DNA of 64,000 nucleotides from a virus (Duplodnaviria > Caudoviricetes), in the IMG/VR virus record IMGVR_UViG_3300032227_000993; one strand, written 5' to 3'. A model generated the notes under the pieces. The model saw only the letters and a list, made by a program, of their open reading frames with translations. It was not told where the DNA came from and ran no database searches. A program made the position numbers and the translations under genes. Every line of letters starts with the position of its first letter. Within the stretch, counting starts at the first letter, position 1. Below are positions 46,982-56,897 of this stretch, piece after piece.

Positions 46982-47709
46982 CCTCTAACGGCTTTACGAA
47001 CTCGATCCGCTGTGAGTGTTTCTTCAAGTATTTGCTCATAGCGGCGTCGGTCGTATTCTAACTCGGGCAGTAGATAGCGATCTAAGAATTCTAAATGTAC
47101 GCTGCTCACTGGTTGTACTTCGCCCACATCTAACTCATTGAACTGACTGCCGTATCTAAAAGTAGACATAGGCTCCCAAATGTATTTAGAGGGATTTACC
47201 AAGTTATTTTTACTCCAAGATGAATCATAACTGAACAAATATTTGTATTTGGCACTATAATGTTCCAGCGCATAAGTTGTGGCCAATTGAGCCATTCTAC
47301 CACGAGTTTGATGCTGTTCCTCAAGTAGTAAATCATTATGTGTTTGAACCCACGCTAGTTCACTGGCACTACTGGCCCAAAAAGTTTTGTTTTTCCTGGT
47401 GGTAGCAAAGTTTCTACTGTATACTTTGTCTGTTTTTATGTCATCTATTAATTCTTGATTATCAAGATCCACTTGTAGATCTAATCGTGTACAGTTGGTC
47501 CATTGTATTACCCATAAGGTATCTTGTGGATTTGGTTCTTTTTCTAAGGCGTGTATCACCTGCGTGGCAATAAGTTCATTTCCAGAACCCATGGTTGATA
47601 GGTTGACCCACTCAATGTTTATTATCCGAGCCAGCAGTTCTGGCCACATAGGGTATATGTGATTACAGCCATAGCCGTCAGACACGGTGTACAGTTTTTT
47701 ATATCTCAT
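46978..47709 (-). CDS. SGNH-like hypothetical protein
   Basis: VSDGYG, NLSTMGSGN, IQWT..RLD, C-terminal QP...H. Confidence 0.5.
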   Translation of the reverse strand: MRYKKLYTVSDGYGCNHIYPMWPELLARIINIEWVNLSTMGSGNELIATQVIHALEKEPNPQDTLWVIQWTNCTRLDLQVDLDNQELIDDIKTDKVYSRNFATTRKNKTFWASSASELAWVQTHNDLLLEEQHQTRGRMAQLATTYALEHYSAKYKYLFSYDSSWSKNNLVNPSKYIWEPMSTFRYGSQFNELDVGEVQPVSSVHLEFLDRYLLPELEYDRRRYEQILEETLTADRVRKAVRG

Positions 47710-48352
47710 GTGCTTCCTTAATTAAATCTTGATTGCGTTCCCGGTAGGTCATGACTGCTTGTTCAAATTGAGCACGGTCACCAGATAATCCCACAAAATG
47801 TTGGATAACATCAAAGATTTCACCGGGACGATCTAGTATTAAATCTGCCCATTCTATTTGTAAGTGTCGAGTATGTCGATAATTGGTCGCTGGCGGTCGA
47901 AATAGATAAAACTCTAATGATACTCCACTTTGTATTTTGGCCACAGCGGCTTTGGCGGCAAACTTTTGACTTACTGGATTATTCATGGTAATTTCTATCA
48001 AAGGTCTAGTATTAAGATATTGATCTATAAATTCAATGCTCATATCATTTGGATGAGCTAAAATAACATAATGATCGCCTTTAAACAAGTTTTTAGCTAC
48101 ATTGACTCTATATATTAATTCATCTGTATTTATACAAATACGGTAGTCATTTTTAAGAGCATGATTAAAAAAATCTCTGTAAACAGTTCGGCCTGTTTCT
48201 TTATGCTCTACTCTGGGTTTTGCTATTGAATCAATACTGTCAGTTAATGCGCTGGCTAGAAATTCGCCGGACAGGCCTGATGGGTACAGGATAATAAAGG
48301 CCGGTTGGCTATCTAACTCTTCGAGTGATGTAACATAATCTTTCCACGGCAT
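47699..48352 (-). CDS. Hypothetical protein, sulfotransferase-like
   Basis: YPSGLSGEFL N-terminal loop and IEWADL...IQHFVG C-terminal pattern. Confidence 0.4.
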   Translation of the reverse strand: MPWKDYVTSLEELDSQPAFIILYPSGLSGEFLASALTDSIDSIAKPRVEHKETGRTVYRDFFNHALKNDYRICINTDELIYRVNVAKNLFKGDHYVILAHPNDMSIEFIDQYLNTRPLIEITMNNPVSQKFAAKAAVAKIQSGVSLEFYLFRPPATNYRHTRHLQIEWADLILDRPGEIFDVIQHFVGLSGDRAQFEQAVMTYRERNQDLIKEAHEI

Positions 48353-48366
48353 AACTAATCCTATTG

Positions 48367-48969
48367 TTAATTAGTTATCAATTCGTAGATATGCTTCCAA
48401 TTTTTTACAAGTGTAATATCAGGATGGTAATAAGTCATGTTGTGACCGTGTTCTAATAACAGACACTTTAAGCCGGCTTTGTATCCAGCTTCGGCATTTT
48501 CAATCTTGTCCTCAATCCAAAGACAACCGGTGCCTTCATACTCTTCAAGTGCCTCATCTTTAGGAGCTCCGGTATCTAAACACACAATACGTTCAAATGC
48601 TGTGTCGCCAAAAATTTTGTGTAAATTCATTTCACGCAATCTCTGTGCGTTGGGATCCAAACTAAGCGAGGTAATAGCATGGAATCTAAATCCGTGTTCT
48701 TCGTGTAGTCGCTTGATGTAGTAGGTAGCATCTCGCTGTGCTGGAAGGAATCCGATAGCGGCGCTTTCGTTAAAAATTCTAATAAGTTTGACCACTTGCT
48801 CACGAGTGATATTGTAGCGTATGCTCATATCGTAGTTTAACTTACTGCCTGGTACTTCTTCAAATCCGTGTTCTTGCATCCAGGTGTTAAATGCGTACTC
48901 CCAATCGAGCACACATCCGTCGATGTCAGTTAGGATAAGTTTTTTTAGGTTCTTGTATTTCGATTTCAT
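48367..48969 (-). CDS. HAD-superfamily phosphatase (5'-nucleotidase-like)
   Basis: LTDIDGCVLDW motif I and WIEDK motif IV. Confidence 0.85.
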   Translation of the reverse strand: MKSKYKNLKKLILTDIDGCVLDWEYAFNTWMQEHGFEEVPGSKLNYDMSIRYNITREQVVKLIRIFNESAAIGFLPAQRDATYYIKRLHEEHGFRFHAITSLSLDPNAQRLREMNLHKIFGDTAFERIVCLDTGAPKDEALEEYEGTGCLWIEDKIENAEAGYKAGLKCLLLEHGHNMTYYHPDITLVKNWKHIYELITN

Positions 48970-48975
48970 ATTACT

Positions 48976-49004
48976 ATTATACAATAATATGAATTTATTG
49001 TCAA
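48976..49004 (-). promoter_or_regulatory. Perfect-consensus sigma70 promoter, leaderless
   Basis: TTGACA-N17-TATAAT-N6-ATG. Confidence 0.85.
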
Positions 49005-49010
49005 CCTAGG

Positions 49011-49307
49011 TTAGTGGGCACTAACCTTGTCGGGTGGCGGCAACTCTTCGGGTAATTTGTGTCCATTTTCTTCAAACAAGCGTTCAAAGATGTTGGGGTA
49101 ATGTTCGTAGTAGGTACTAACCACATGGTCCCAATTTTTTGTAGCCACAGTATTGCCAACAGAACATTTTAGTACTTTGAGCTCTTTAAAATCCAAAATG
49201 ACATTTACTGTTTGCCAGTCTTTGGTTCGAACTTTATTGGCCACAATCATGGCTTCGTCAATCTTACCGTCGGGTTTGGTGTAATAAGTTAAAAACAAGT
49301 ATCTCAT
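49011..49307 (-). CDS. Hypothetical protein
   Basis: 98-aa ORF coupled to the clamp loader gene. Confidence 0.7.
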   Translation of the reverse strand: MRYLFLTYYTKPDGKIDEAMIVANKVRTKDWQTVNVILDFKELKVLKCSVGNTVATKNWDHVVSTYYEHYPNIFERLFEENGHKLPEELPPPDKVSAH

Positions 49308-50224
49308 AGTTGAGCCAATTCTGCCAGCGTTGCGCTGAGATTTATCTCTTGATCAGTCACTAGCGGTACATTGATAAGTCCGTTACGAATAATAATAATA
49401 GCTTGATCTTGTTTTATTTGGTCCTTGGCCCATAAATCCAAATTAGAATACATCCAAGTAAACATACTGTCCATGTCTTCTGTTGACGCTTGACTACAGA
49501 TAATTTTACGTGCTTCAGTAATTTTACCGGCTTTGAACAATGAGACTGCATCTAACTTCCAGTCTTTGACACTTTGATCATTTTCTCCAGGTTTGGCCAG
49601 TGTGCCTGTGGTACTATTGGCCTGTAGTAAATTTAAACATTTGCGCAGATCTGGATAGGTTGCTTTGACAAATGAGTCAAGCGTATCTATGTCAAACTCA
49701 ATTGCTTCGGTGAGCAGTACCTGTGCCACTCGGGCTGTAAATTCTGTGGTATCTGTTTTTTCTATGTGGAATCCTTGGCAACGACTATGTATTGCCGGCA
49801 TGATCTTGTTGGGATAGTTGCAAGTTAAAATAAAACGAACACTTTCAGAATAGTCTTCCATCAAGTTACGAAGTGCTGGCTGTACTGAAGTAGGGTTCAT
49901 GTAGTCGGCTTCGTCGATCAACACTACTTTAAATCGACCAAATGGCATGGTTTGACAAAAGCTGATCAGCTTGTCAACCCATTCAACTTTTCTGGCTTCT
50001 TTACTACCGTTGGCCGACATTACATCATACTCGTCTACACCAAGTTCGTTAATTAGCAATTTTGCCAGGGTAGTTTTGCCTGTGCCTGGACTGCCGGACA
50101 ATAGCAAATGTGGAATACTGCCTTGTTTGATCCACGTGGTTACTTGTTGTCGCTGACTGTCATCTGTAAACACATAGCCATCTACTGTGTTAGGGCGATA
50201 TGCTTCAGTCCATAGTTTTTTCAT
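49304..50224 (-). CDS. Clamp loader AAA+ subunit (gp44/RFC-like)
   Basis: WTEAYRP, GSPGTGKT, DEAD, SRC motif, PDLRK. Confidence 0.92.
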   Translation of the reverse strand: MKKLWTEAYRPNTVDGYVFTDDSQRQQVTTWIKQGSIPHLLLSGSPGTGKTTLAKLLINELGVDEYDVMSANGSKEARKVEWVDKLISFCQTMPFGRFKVVLIDEADYMNPTSVQPALRNLMEDYSESVRFILTCNYPNKIMPAIHSRCQGFHIEKTDTTEFTARVAQVLLTEAIEFDIDTLDSFVKATYPDLRKCLNLLQANSTTGTLAKPGENDQSVKDWKLDAVSLFKAGKITEARKIICSQASTEDMDSMFTWMYSNLDLWAKDQIKQDQAIIIIRNGLINVPLVTDQEINLSATLAELAQL

Positions 50225-50451
50225 TATTTTGCCTTGTAAGTTACTTTTATTCCGTTGTATGGAGCTTCGGTTGAATCGGTTGTTTCTAATAATTTTGTTT
50301 TAAACTTTTCTGCTAGATCGTGCGGCAAGCCCATAGTTTTCCAAATTTCGTTTGTTTCTTCATCATAGATATCAACCCATACAAAGTCATTTGTAACTCT
50401 AAAAACTGCAGTTTTGTTTCCAGCACCATCGATAAGTGTACAGTCGTTCAT
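50224..50451 (-). CDS. Hypothetical protein
   Basis: 75-aa ORF coupled to neighbours. Confidence 0.6.
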   Translation of the reverse strand: MNDCTLIDGAGNKTAVFRVTNDFVWVDIYDEETNEIWKTMGLPHDLAEKFKTKLLETTDSTEAPYNGIKVTYKAK

Positions 50452-50648
50452 TCTTTACCTTTGAGAGTTTCCTTGTCATATTTAGATACAAGTCGTTCTT
50501 CATTGTACACGTTTAAGTCGTTGTCGTCAATTGTTTTGGATGGTTGTGTTTTGCCAAAGATTTTAGCCCAGTTGGATTCAACTTGATCGTTGGGCACTAG
50601 ATTAGGTCTGCGACCGTAACCTTTACCGCCGTCCCCACTTAATGCCAT
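50448..50648 (-). CDS. Hypothetical protein
   Basis: 66-aa ORF, SGDGGKG..RRP...NWAKIF. Confidence 0.65.
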   Translation of the reverse strand: MALSGDGGKGYGRRPNLVPNDQVESNWAKIFGKTQPSKTIDDNDLNVYNEERLVSKYDKETLKGKE

Positions 50649-50833
50649 TACACCAACTCCTGACCGATCCCTAATAATTCAGCGATGACCAGCAGCCCAG
50701 CGGCCAATTGTATTTCATAATATGCTAGTGCTACGCAGGCAGCAATTCGAAAACCACTTTTTAAAAACACAATGGCTCTGTGTTTGATTGGATTTGATTG
50801 TGTCTGTAGTTTGCTTGGTCTAGTTAAGCCCAT
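50648..50833 (-). CDS. Small membrane protein
   Basis: Hydrophobic C-terminal half. Confidence 0.6.
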   Translation of the reverse strand: MGLTRPSKLQTQSNPIKHRAIVFLKSGFRIAACVALAYYEIQLAAGLLVIAELLGIGQELV

Positions 50834-50854
50834 GATTAATTCCTTTAAAATGTA

Positions 50855-51259
50855 TTACATTGATTGTTTTTCAATGTGCAGTGCGGTTGAGAATGTTTCG
50901 TCCTCAGGACGAGCAGTTGGATCGTCTGATACCAATAAGATATCTTTTGGATCAATTTTACGAACTGTTTGCGGGCCGTTTTCATCTTCGATTTCTAAGC
51001 CGCGTGTCCAACGTCCGTGGGCAACCATGATCCAGTCGCCAGGTTTGACATTGTGTTGTTCAGGGCCAACAGCATACACACGGCCCCAGCGTGGGCGAAT
51101 ACCAGAGCCCTTGCCGTTGTCGTTTAGCAGCACAATACCACCATTAGTAATACGTTGATCAAACAGCATATCGTGTACAATAACATGGTCATGTATTGCT
51201 TGGAATTTTTCACGAGAAATCTTGTGCGGGGTGTACATTGTTTTTGTAGCAGTTGTCAT
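50855..51259 (-). CDS. groES: GroES-like co-chaperonin
   Basis: AIHDHVIV, TNGGIVL mobile loop, GRVYAVGP, VKPGDWI. Confidence 0.85.
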   Translation of the reverse strand: MTTATKTMYTPHKISREKFQAIHDHVIVHDMLFDQRITNGGIVLLNDNGKGSGIRPRWGRVYAVGPEQHNVKPGDWIMVAHGRWTRGLEIEDENGPQTVRKIDPKDILLVSDDPTARPEDETFSTALHIEKQSM

Positions 51260-51267
51260 AGCGTCTC

Positions 51268-51750
51268 TTAGAGTTTACGAACGCCTTGAGCTTGTGCTCG
51301 TTCGCGTGGTGTTAGATCTAGTGTTTGTTTAACAGTTTTGGCTTTGGCCAAGGCTGCAGCCAATCCACCAGCTGGTATGGCTGATTGATCAATGGTCAAG
51401 TCCACCGGAGCCGGTGCGGCGGCAACAGCTATTTCGGGAACTGCGATATCCACGGGATTTTCTACCACAGGTTGATCAAACAGGATTTCTTCTTCTGGCT
51501 GTGCCACTCGTGATTGCTTGGCAGTCACGGTACTGGTATGTATAGGAGCATCCGACATATTGCTTTGACGTTGAACTTGGCGTTGAACTTGTCGGTTGCG
51601 ACTGTCAATCACTTTGTTTGCGCCGTCAAGGCGGTCTCCGCGGGCATTGACATTCATGTTGCCTACTGCGCGAACCATTTCATTTTGTAATGTAATTGAA
51701 CCCATGTCAACTATTTTACCCTGTGCTGTTCGGTACACTTTACTGGTCAT
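51268..51750 (-). CDS. Hypothetical protein
   Basis: 160-aa ORF, YRTAQGK.VDM and AVGNMNVNARGD; SD and upstream TAAATA. Confidence 0.75.
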   Translation of the reverse strand: MTSKVYRTAQGKIVDMGSITLQNEMVRAVGNMNVNARGDRLDGANKVIDSRNRQVQRQVQRQSNMSDAPIHTSTVTAKQSRVAQPEEEILFDQPVVENPVDIAVPEIAVAAAPAPVDLTIDQSAIPAGGLAAALAKAKTVKQTLDLTPRERAQAQGVRKL

Positions 51751-51777
51751 TTTATCTCTCCTGAGGTCTACTGGTAT

Positions 51778-52296
51778 TTAACGCAAAAATTCCGCTACAT
51801 CTAATTTATAGAACATAGAGTCAATTTTATGCACTTTTAACTTGTACAGTATGTAACTGGCCACAGAACTGCCACGTCCTACACCCCAAATAACCCGATT
51901 CTCAGTCATCACATCCACCAAGTATTTTAGATAGCGCAATAAATCAAACAAATTGCGTTCTTGGTACAGTAGTAATTCGGCACCTACTCTTTGTAGTTCT
52001 TGTTCAGAATCGCATAGGCCCAACACATAGGCCGCAATATCTAAATCTTTGTACTCCTGGGGCATATTCCACTGGGTCTGTTGTGCTGAATCCCAATCAA
52101 CCACACTCACAGGTTCGTCAGTGAATGTATGCGGAATCCAATTGGGGAATTCATCAACCAATTTGGAGATATTTTCTATGTTGACAGTATTGTCAACAAA
52201 CATACGATTTAATTCCACAGGTCGTCGCCCAGACATGAGTAAATCTACTATGTCTGATTCGTTGTAAATCTGTTCGCCAAACTTATTCTGTATCAT
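51778..52296 (-). CDS. Stand-alone fragment of DNA polymerase III alpha (DnaE), lacking catalytic aspartates
   Basis: GVGRGSSVASYILY...IDS matches the DnaE GRGS region; ORF stops at EFLR, before the PDID motif. Confidence 0.8.
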   Translation of the reverse strand: MIQNKFGEQIYNESDIVDLLMSGRRPVELNRMFVDNTVNIENISKLVDEFPNWIPHTFTDEPVSVVDWDSAQQTQWNMPQEYKDLDIAAYVLGLCDSEQELQRVGAELLLYQERNLFDLLRYLKYLVDVMTENRVIWGVGRGSSVASYILYKLKVHKIDSMFYKLDVAEFLR

Positions 52297-52903
52297 GTGA
52301 TTTTCTAAAATTAGCAAATACAATGGTATTACCTGATTCATCAAGTTCTTCTGTGTTATCTTCCATGTCGGGCCAGGCCAAATCTAATTCACGCCACACA
52401 CTACTTTTGTGTATGCTCAACACCTTGTCTGTGTCTATTAAATCACTGTCGCAATGTACCAAATCACAAGTTTCCCACCAGGCTGACGGATTGATATCAC
52501 TGATGTTTTCATTTTCACCATGTAGATAAACAATTCCATCGCCAATGGTAGAGCTCAATTCAACTTCGCCAATTAATAGCCGGCCTTCAACGATGGCTGT
52601 TAACTTGGAGTATAGCATGATTCCCACAAGTTGATCAACCGGTTCGGTTGGCATGGTAGTGATATTTAAGCCAGCCATCACATACAGTTGGCATTGTTCA
52701 ATTTCTTCATCACAGATAAAAATGGTATTTTCTAATTCGCCGTAGATAAAATGCTTGATACGGTTAAGTGCTACATTATGCTCAGCAGGGTCTTCTGTGG
52801 CTGTCATCATGTAAATCCTAACAGAATACTCGTTTAAGTGTAGACTGCCGTCGTAGTGTACTCCGGCCAAAAACTTTGTTGCGTATTGTATTCTTACATT
52901 CAT
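52283..52903 (-). CDS. Hypothetical protein
   Basis: 206-aa acidic ORF overlapping both neighbours. Confidence 0.75.
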   Translation of the reverse strand: MNVRIQYATKFLAGVHYDGSLHLNEYSVRIYMMTATEDPAEHNVALNRIKHFIYGELENTIFICDEEIEQCQLYVMAGLNITTMPTEPVDQLVGIMLYSKLTAIVEGRLLIGEVELSSTIGDGIVYLHGENENISDINPSAWWETCDLVHCDSDLIDTDKVLSIHKSSVWRELDLAWPDMEDNTEELDESGNTIVFANFRKSHDTE

Positions 52904-53124
52904 GAGATATCAATCATTCCGTCAAAGTCTGTACCGGTTTGGGTTTTGCGTAGTTTTTCTTGGTATTTGTTTTGATAAGTTTCAATGGCCATACGCAATT
53001 GATTGCACAGATCGTGATTGCCCAAACGGTATGCTATTGATAGTTTTTTATTGAGTTCGGTTACCTTACCGCCAAGTTCTTCGGTAGTAAGGTCATCGAT
53101 GCTGGAGATTAACGGGTGTTCCAT
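52900..53124 (-). CDS. Hypothetical coiled-coil protein
   Basis: 74-aa ORF directly after a sigma70 promoter. Confidence 0.7.
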   Translation of the reverse strand: MEHPLISSIDDLTTEELGGKVTELNKKLSIAYRLGNHDLCNQLRMAIETYQNKYQEKLRKTQTGTDFDGMIDIS

Positions 53125-53130
53125 AGTCTA

Positions 53131-53159
53131 AGTATACTACAAGTAGACTGGAATGTCAA
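53131..53159 (-). promoter_or_regulatory. Sigma70 promoter, leaderless
   Basis: TTGACA-N17-TATACT-N6-ATG. Confidence 0.8.
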
Positions 53160-53168
53160 CTACTTTGG

Positions 53169-54059
53169 TTAGGCAAATACTGCGCCGTTGTTGCCCACGC
53201 AATACCATTCGTTATTGACATATCTTAGTGTGACGCCTTCGCCGGGGTTATTAAATGTAATAGTACCAGAAGCGCCGTCGTTCCAACCTGCGTTGGCCAC
53301 AGTAACAACCATAGTACTAGTAGCACCACCGCCCATAAGTAGTTCTTTGACCTGTCCATACACACCATCGGCCAAGGTAGCTGTCCATGGTGTTGTTGGA
53401 ACAAATCTTGTGCCAGTCACAGCCAAACTGACAGCGGAACCAGTGGTGGCAAGCAATTCACCTGATGCGTTGTATGGCTGGAGCAACTGATTGGTTTCGT
53501 TGACCGTAATAGTGGTACCATTGTCAGTGCTGGTAAATGTAAATGTGTAAACTCCGGTGGCAGCAAAGGTGATAGTATTGGTGATTGCGTTCAAACCTTG
53601 GATACCAATGTTGTTTACGCTGACCGCTGCCGGCATGGTTACTGTATGAGCTACAGAATTTACTGTAATTTCTACAGATACAAAACCAAACTGTCCGGCC
53701 ACTGGCCAATTGCTAAATGCCAGGCTAATTGGAGCCGATGTGCCAACTGTGTAGATGTGACCAGCTGCATAATCAATAGGAACAGAGCCAGACAAATTAC
53801 CCAATGCCACACGAGTGGCCGCAAAATTAGCAATTAACGCATTGGTCAATGCTGAATTTAACATATCGTTGTTTAAAGTTGTACCTGTCAAGGCAGCCTT
53901 CAATACCACTTTGTTTTGTAGATCTGTAATTTCGTTAGCAGCAAATTGGAAATTTGTACTGGTATTGGTAAAATTATCACGGAAGCCCTGACTGTTGTTG
54001 TCTTGGCCTGCTACGGGATAAGCACCGTTTATATTATTTGGGTTGATGTTACTGGTCAT
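53169..54059 (-). CDS. Tail/baseplate structural protein
   Basis: YPVAGQDNNSQGFRDNF N-terminal attachment-like segment; beta-rich. Confidence 0.65.
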   Translation of the reverse strand: MTSNINPNNINGAYPVAGQDNNSQGFRDNFTNTSTNFQFAANEITDLQNKVVLKAALTGTTLNNDMLNSALTNALIANFAATRVALGNLSGSVPIDYAAGHIYTVGTSAPISLAFSNWPVAGQFGFVSVEITVNSVAHTVTMPAAVSVNNIGIQGLNAITNTITFAATGVYTFTFTSTDNGTTITVNETNQLLQPYNASGELLATTGSAVSLAVTGTRFVPTTPWTATLADGVYGQVKELLMGGGATSTMVVTVANAGWNDGASGTITFNNPGEGVTLRYVNNEWYCVGNNGAVFA

Positions 54060-54089
54060 TTTCTATCCTTGAATATTGCTATTATTTAG

Positions 54090-56894
54090 CTAATTTGTAG
54101 GCAACAATGTTAAAATATCTTTTCTTGGATACAGCAAATAACGATCAAATGCGTCGGTATTTGTGGTAATATCAGATGGGTCAACAAACTGCATGCTGTT
54201 TCCGTCAAATACAGTTGGTATTCCAGGAACCACAGTGATGTCCCAAAGGGCACCAACTCCAGTACCAAGCACATTGATGCCAGTGATGTCAGCATAGTCA
54301 TTGCCTGATGCAAACATATTTGCCGTACCATAACAGAATGCTGAAATAATAGCACCCGATCCAGACACAGTATTGACCACAAACATGACATCGTTCTCAG
54401 GACTTGTTCCGCCAACTGCGGTACCCAGCACTTTGATAATATTGCCCACAGCATAGCCTGTGCCGCCAGCACTATAGTTTTGTGTGGTTGTTCGATAATG
54501 ATATTGTCGATCAAATGTGGTCAGCAAGGGTGGGTGTGGAATCCATCGTGGTGTACTGGATACTGTTCCGCCAGAAACATACACGCCAGTACGATTACTA
54601 TTAAATGTAACCTGAGTTGATGTGCAAGAAGTAACATAGAATGTGCCGTTGAATATGGTTGGAATCACACCAGCAATCTTGATCATGTCGCCTGGGTTAA
54701 ACGGTGCGGCCAACGCAGAAAACGACACTACTGTTTCTGTACCGTTGGCAACAATATTGGTAATATTCAATGAGATTGTGTCCGGGTCCCAGTTGACAGT
54801 CATGGAACGATCTAACTCATATCTATCAGCCTTGAAGTCAACCAAGTTTAATCGGTCTGTGCCAAAATTTTGTTGAATGTTGTAGGCAATTTGTCCGGCA
54901 GCTCCAGGGTTAACATAAGCAATCACCCAGGCAGGAGTAAATCCTAATACTCGACCATCTGCTTGTTTACTTGTCATCCATTGTGGAAGTATGTTACTTA
55001 CCTGTCCCACAGAGTCAATAACTTGTACTCGCATATTGTCAAGTGCGTTGGGGAACACCGTATCAACTTCTTGCAGAGTGTTGGCATCCACTGGATAAGG
55101 TAATACTACTTCCTTGCCCACTGGTTGGCCGTCATTGTTGACCAAGTTATCAATGACTTCACTGTACACAACTTCATAAATTACATTGCCCAGGGCATCC
55201 AATGCCTGAGCTGTTTTAATGTTACCTAATACTAAATTTTTCCAGTAATGATTGATTACCAAGGCCTCTACATAAGCATCTATAGTGGCCGCAGTTAAAC
55301 CATAGGCATGGTTGTAAACAACATTTTTAGCAACGCCAAAATTTGGATCGTCATTGCGATAGATCAGTGCTGGTGGAAATATTGTTGTATTCAGCAACAA
55401 ACTGTTGACCAGTGCGCGATCATCATACGGAGGCATACATTCAATGTACAGATTGTTGTAGGGTTCTCCGTACACTTGATTCACACGAATTGTAAATGTT
55501 TTGTTGACACTGATTAGGCCATTGGCACTAAAAGCGTTGACAGTAAATGTGTAGCTTAGATCAAATGTTGTTGTGTTATTATCAAAAATAGTTGTGTTGT
55601 TATCCAAGCTAAAATTATCAAAAGACACTCGACCCACAATGTTGCCTGATGGCAGTAGGGTCAATCCCTGAGGAAGCCTTGAATTACTGCCCGATTTAAT
55701 TTGATATTGCAAAGCCAAGTTGGCAGTATTGGTAGCTGCCACATAAAATTCACTGGCAGAGCCGTTGTCAATAGATCCAAGATAAGACGGCGTCAACCAA
55801 GTGATGTTTGTGCTAATTGGCCCAACTGTTGTTAAACTGTACAGGTATGGACTGCTGATGATAGAAGGATTGTAATAATCGTACACTCGCACCGAGAAAT
55901 CGTATGTGAGTTCGGTCAGGCCCAGGTTTGGAATGGTTCCAAACAGCCAACCAGTTTCAGCGTTTAATTCAAGTCCAGGTGGCAAGTCAACACCCACATA
56001 GCCCAAGGTTGTAGTATTGATGGTAGAGCCAACAAATTGATAAGCAAAGTAATTGTCATTACGAACTGTGCCAATACTGCCTTGTGGATTTAATAATACT
56101 GGAGCTTCAGCAGAACTGATACTGGCAGTAAGGAATGTATTATCCGCAGTAATTTCAGTGGTAGATGCGTTGAAGACCGAGGTAGTCCATAAAAACATAC
56201 TAAAAGTTCTCAGCTGACTTGTACGGCCATCATTGAGTCTCAGGATAAATTCATAGTTGTAACTGGGACTATTGGTGTTGAAGTCAAATCCATATTGGTC
56301 AAATCCTTGGCCATTTCTACTAAAGCCAGCCAGTACAGAAATTACAGGGTTAAGTTCAATAAATCCAGAAATTAATCCGGCGTCACTAATGGTCAGCCCT
56401 GGGGGTAACTGTCCAGCAATCAAGGTAACAGGAGTGACTCCGGGAAGGGCATCAACCTGATACGCCAGTTGAAATCCGGGACTCAGTAATTCTCCAACAA
56501 AAAATTCTCCAAGTTCCCCAGGTGGAGTAATCCACTCAGGAGCAGCTTGTCCTGCCACAGTGATTGTAAATGTGCGATCAACCAGGCGATTAATCACAGT
56601 AACACCGCCTACTATTTTTGTAGTGTAGGCACGAATAGCAAATCTGCTGGTGATATCTACACCTTGGATGCTGACATCCTGCCCAGCAATAACAGTAGTG
56701 GATGGTATGCCAGTCAGTACGCCTGTGTTAGAATCGCAAACAATACCAGTAGGCAAACTGCCAGCGATGACTTGGTAATACACAGGATCGCCGCCGGGCT
56801 CATCAACAATAAGCGGAACTTGATAAAAAATTCCCTCAGGTACTGTGCCTAAGCTACCAGCAGGAGTAACCCAAATAGGCTGGACTGATGACAT
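54090..56894 (-). CDS. Baseplate wedge-like protein with Ig-like (He_PIG) repeats
   Basis: Repeated W.TP.GSLG, G.LP.GL...G.I.G and F.I.V units. Confidence 0.75.
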   Translation of the reverse strand: MSSVQPIWVTPAGSLGTVPEGIFYQVPLIVDEPGGDPVYYQVIAGSLPTGIVCDSNTGVLTGIPSTTVIAGQDVSIQGVDITSRFAIRAYTTKIVGGVTVINRLVDRTFTITVAGQAAPEWITPPGELGEFFVGELLSPGFQLAYQVDALPGVTPVTLIAGQLPPGLTISDAGLISGFIELNPVISVLAGFSRNGQGFDQYGFDFNTNSPSYNYEFILRLNDGRTSQLRTFSMFLWTTSVFNASTTEITADNTFLTASISSAEAPVLLNPQGSIGTVRNDNYFAYQFVGSTINTTTLGYVGVDLPPGLELNAETGWLFGTIPNLGLTELTYDFSVRVYDYYNPSIISSPYLYSLTTVGPISTNITWLTPSYLGSIDNGSASEFYVAATNTANLALQYQIKSGSNSRLPQGLTLLPSGNIVGRVSFDNFSLDNNTTIFDNNTTTFDLSYTFTVNAFSANGLISVNKTFTIRVNQVYGEPYNNLYIECMPPYDDRALVNSLLLNTTIFPPALIYRNDDPNFGVAKNVVYNHAYGLTAATIDAYVEALVINHYWKNLVLGNIKTAQALDALGNVIYEVVYSEVIDNLVNNDGQPVGKEVVLPYPVDANTLQEVDTVFPNALDNMRVQVIDSVGQVSNILPQWMTSKQADGRVLGFTPAWVIAYVNPGAAGQIAYNIQQNFGTDRLNLVDFKADRYELDRSMTVNWDPDTISLNITNIVANGTETVVSFSALAAPFNPGDMIKIAGVIPTIFNGTFYVTSCTSTQVTFNSNRTGVYVSGGTVSSTPRWIPHPPLLTTFDRQYHYRTTTQNYSAGGTGYAVGNIIKVLGTAVGGTSPENDVMFVVNTVSGSGAIISAFCYGTANMFASGNDYADITGINVLGTGVGALWDITVVPGIPTVFDGNSMQFVDPSDITTNTDAFDRYLLYPRKDILTLLPTN

Positions 56895-56897
56895 AGA

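Noticed and set aside
51778-51800. Programmed frameshift extending the DnaE fragment
   Set aside because: No PDID-like motif is apparent downstream, and the next gene has its own late box and SD
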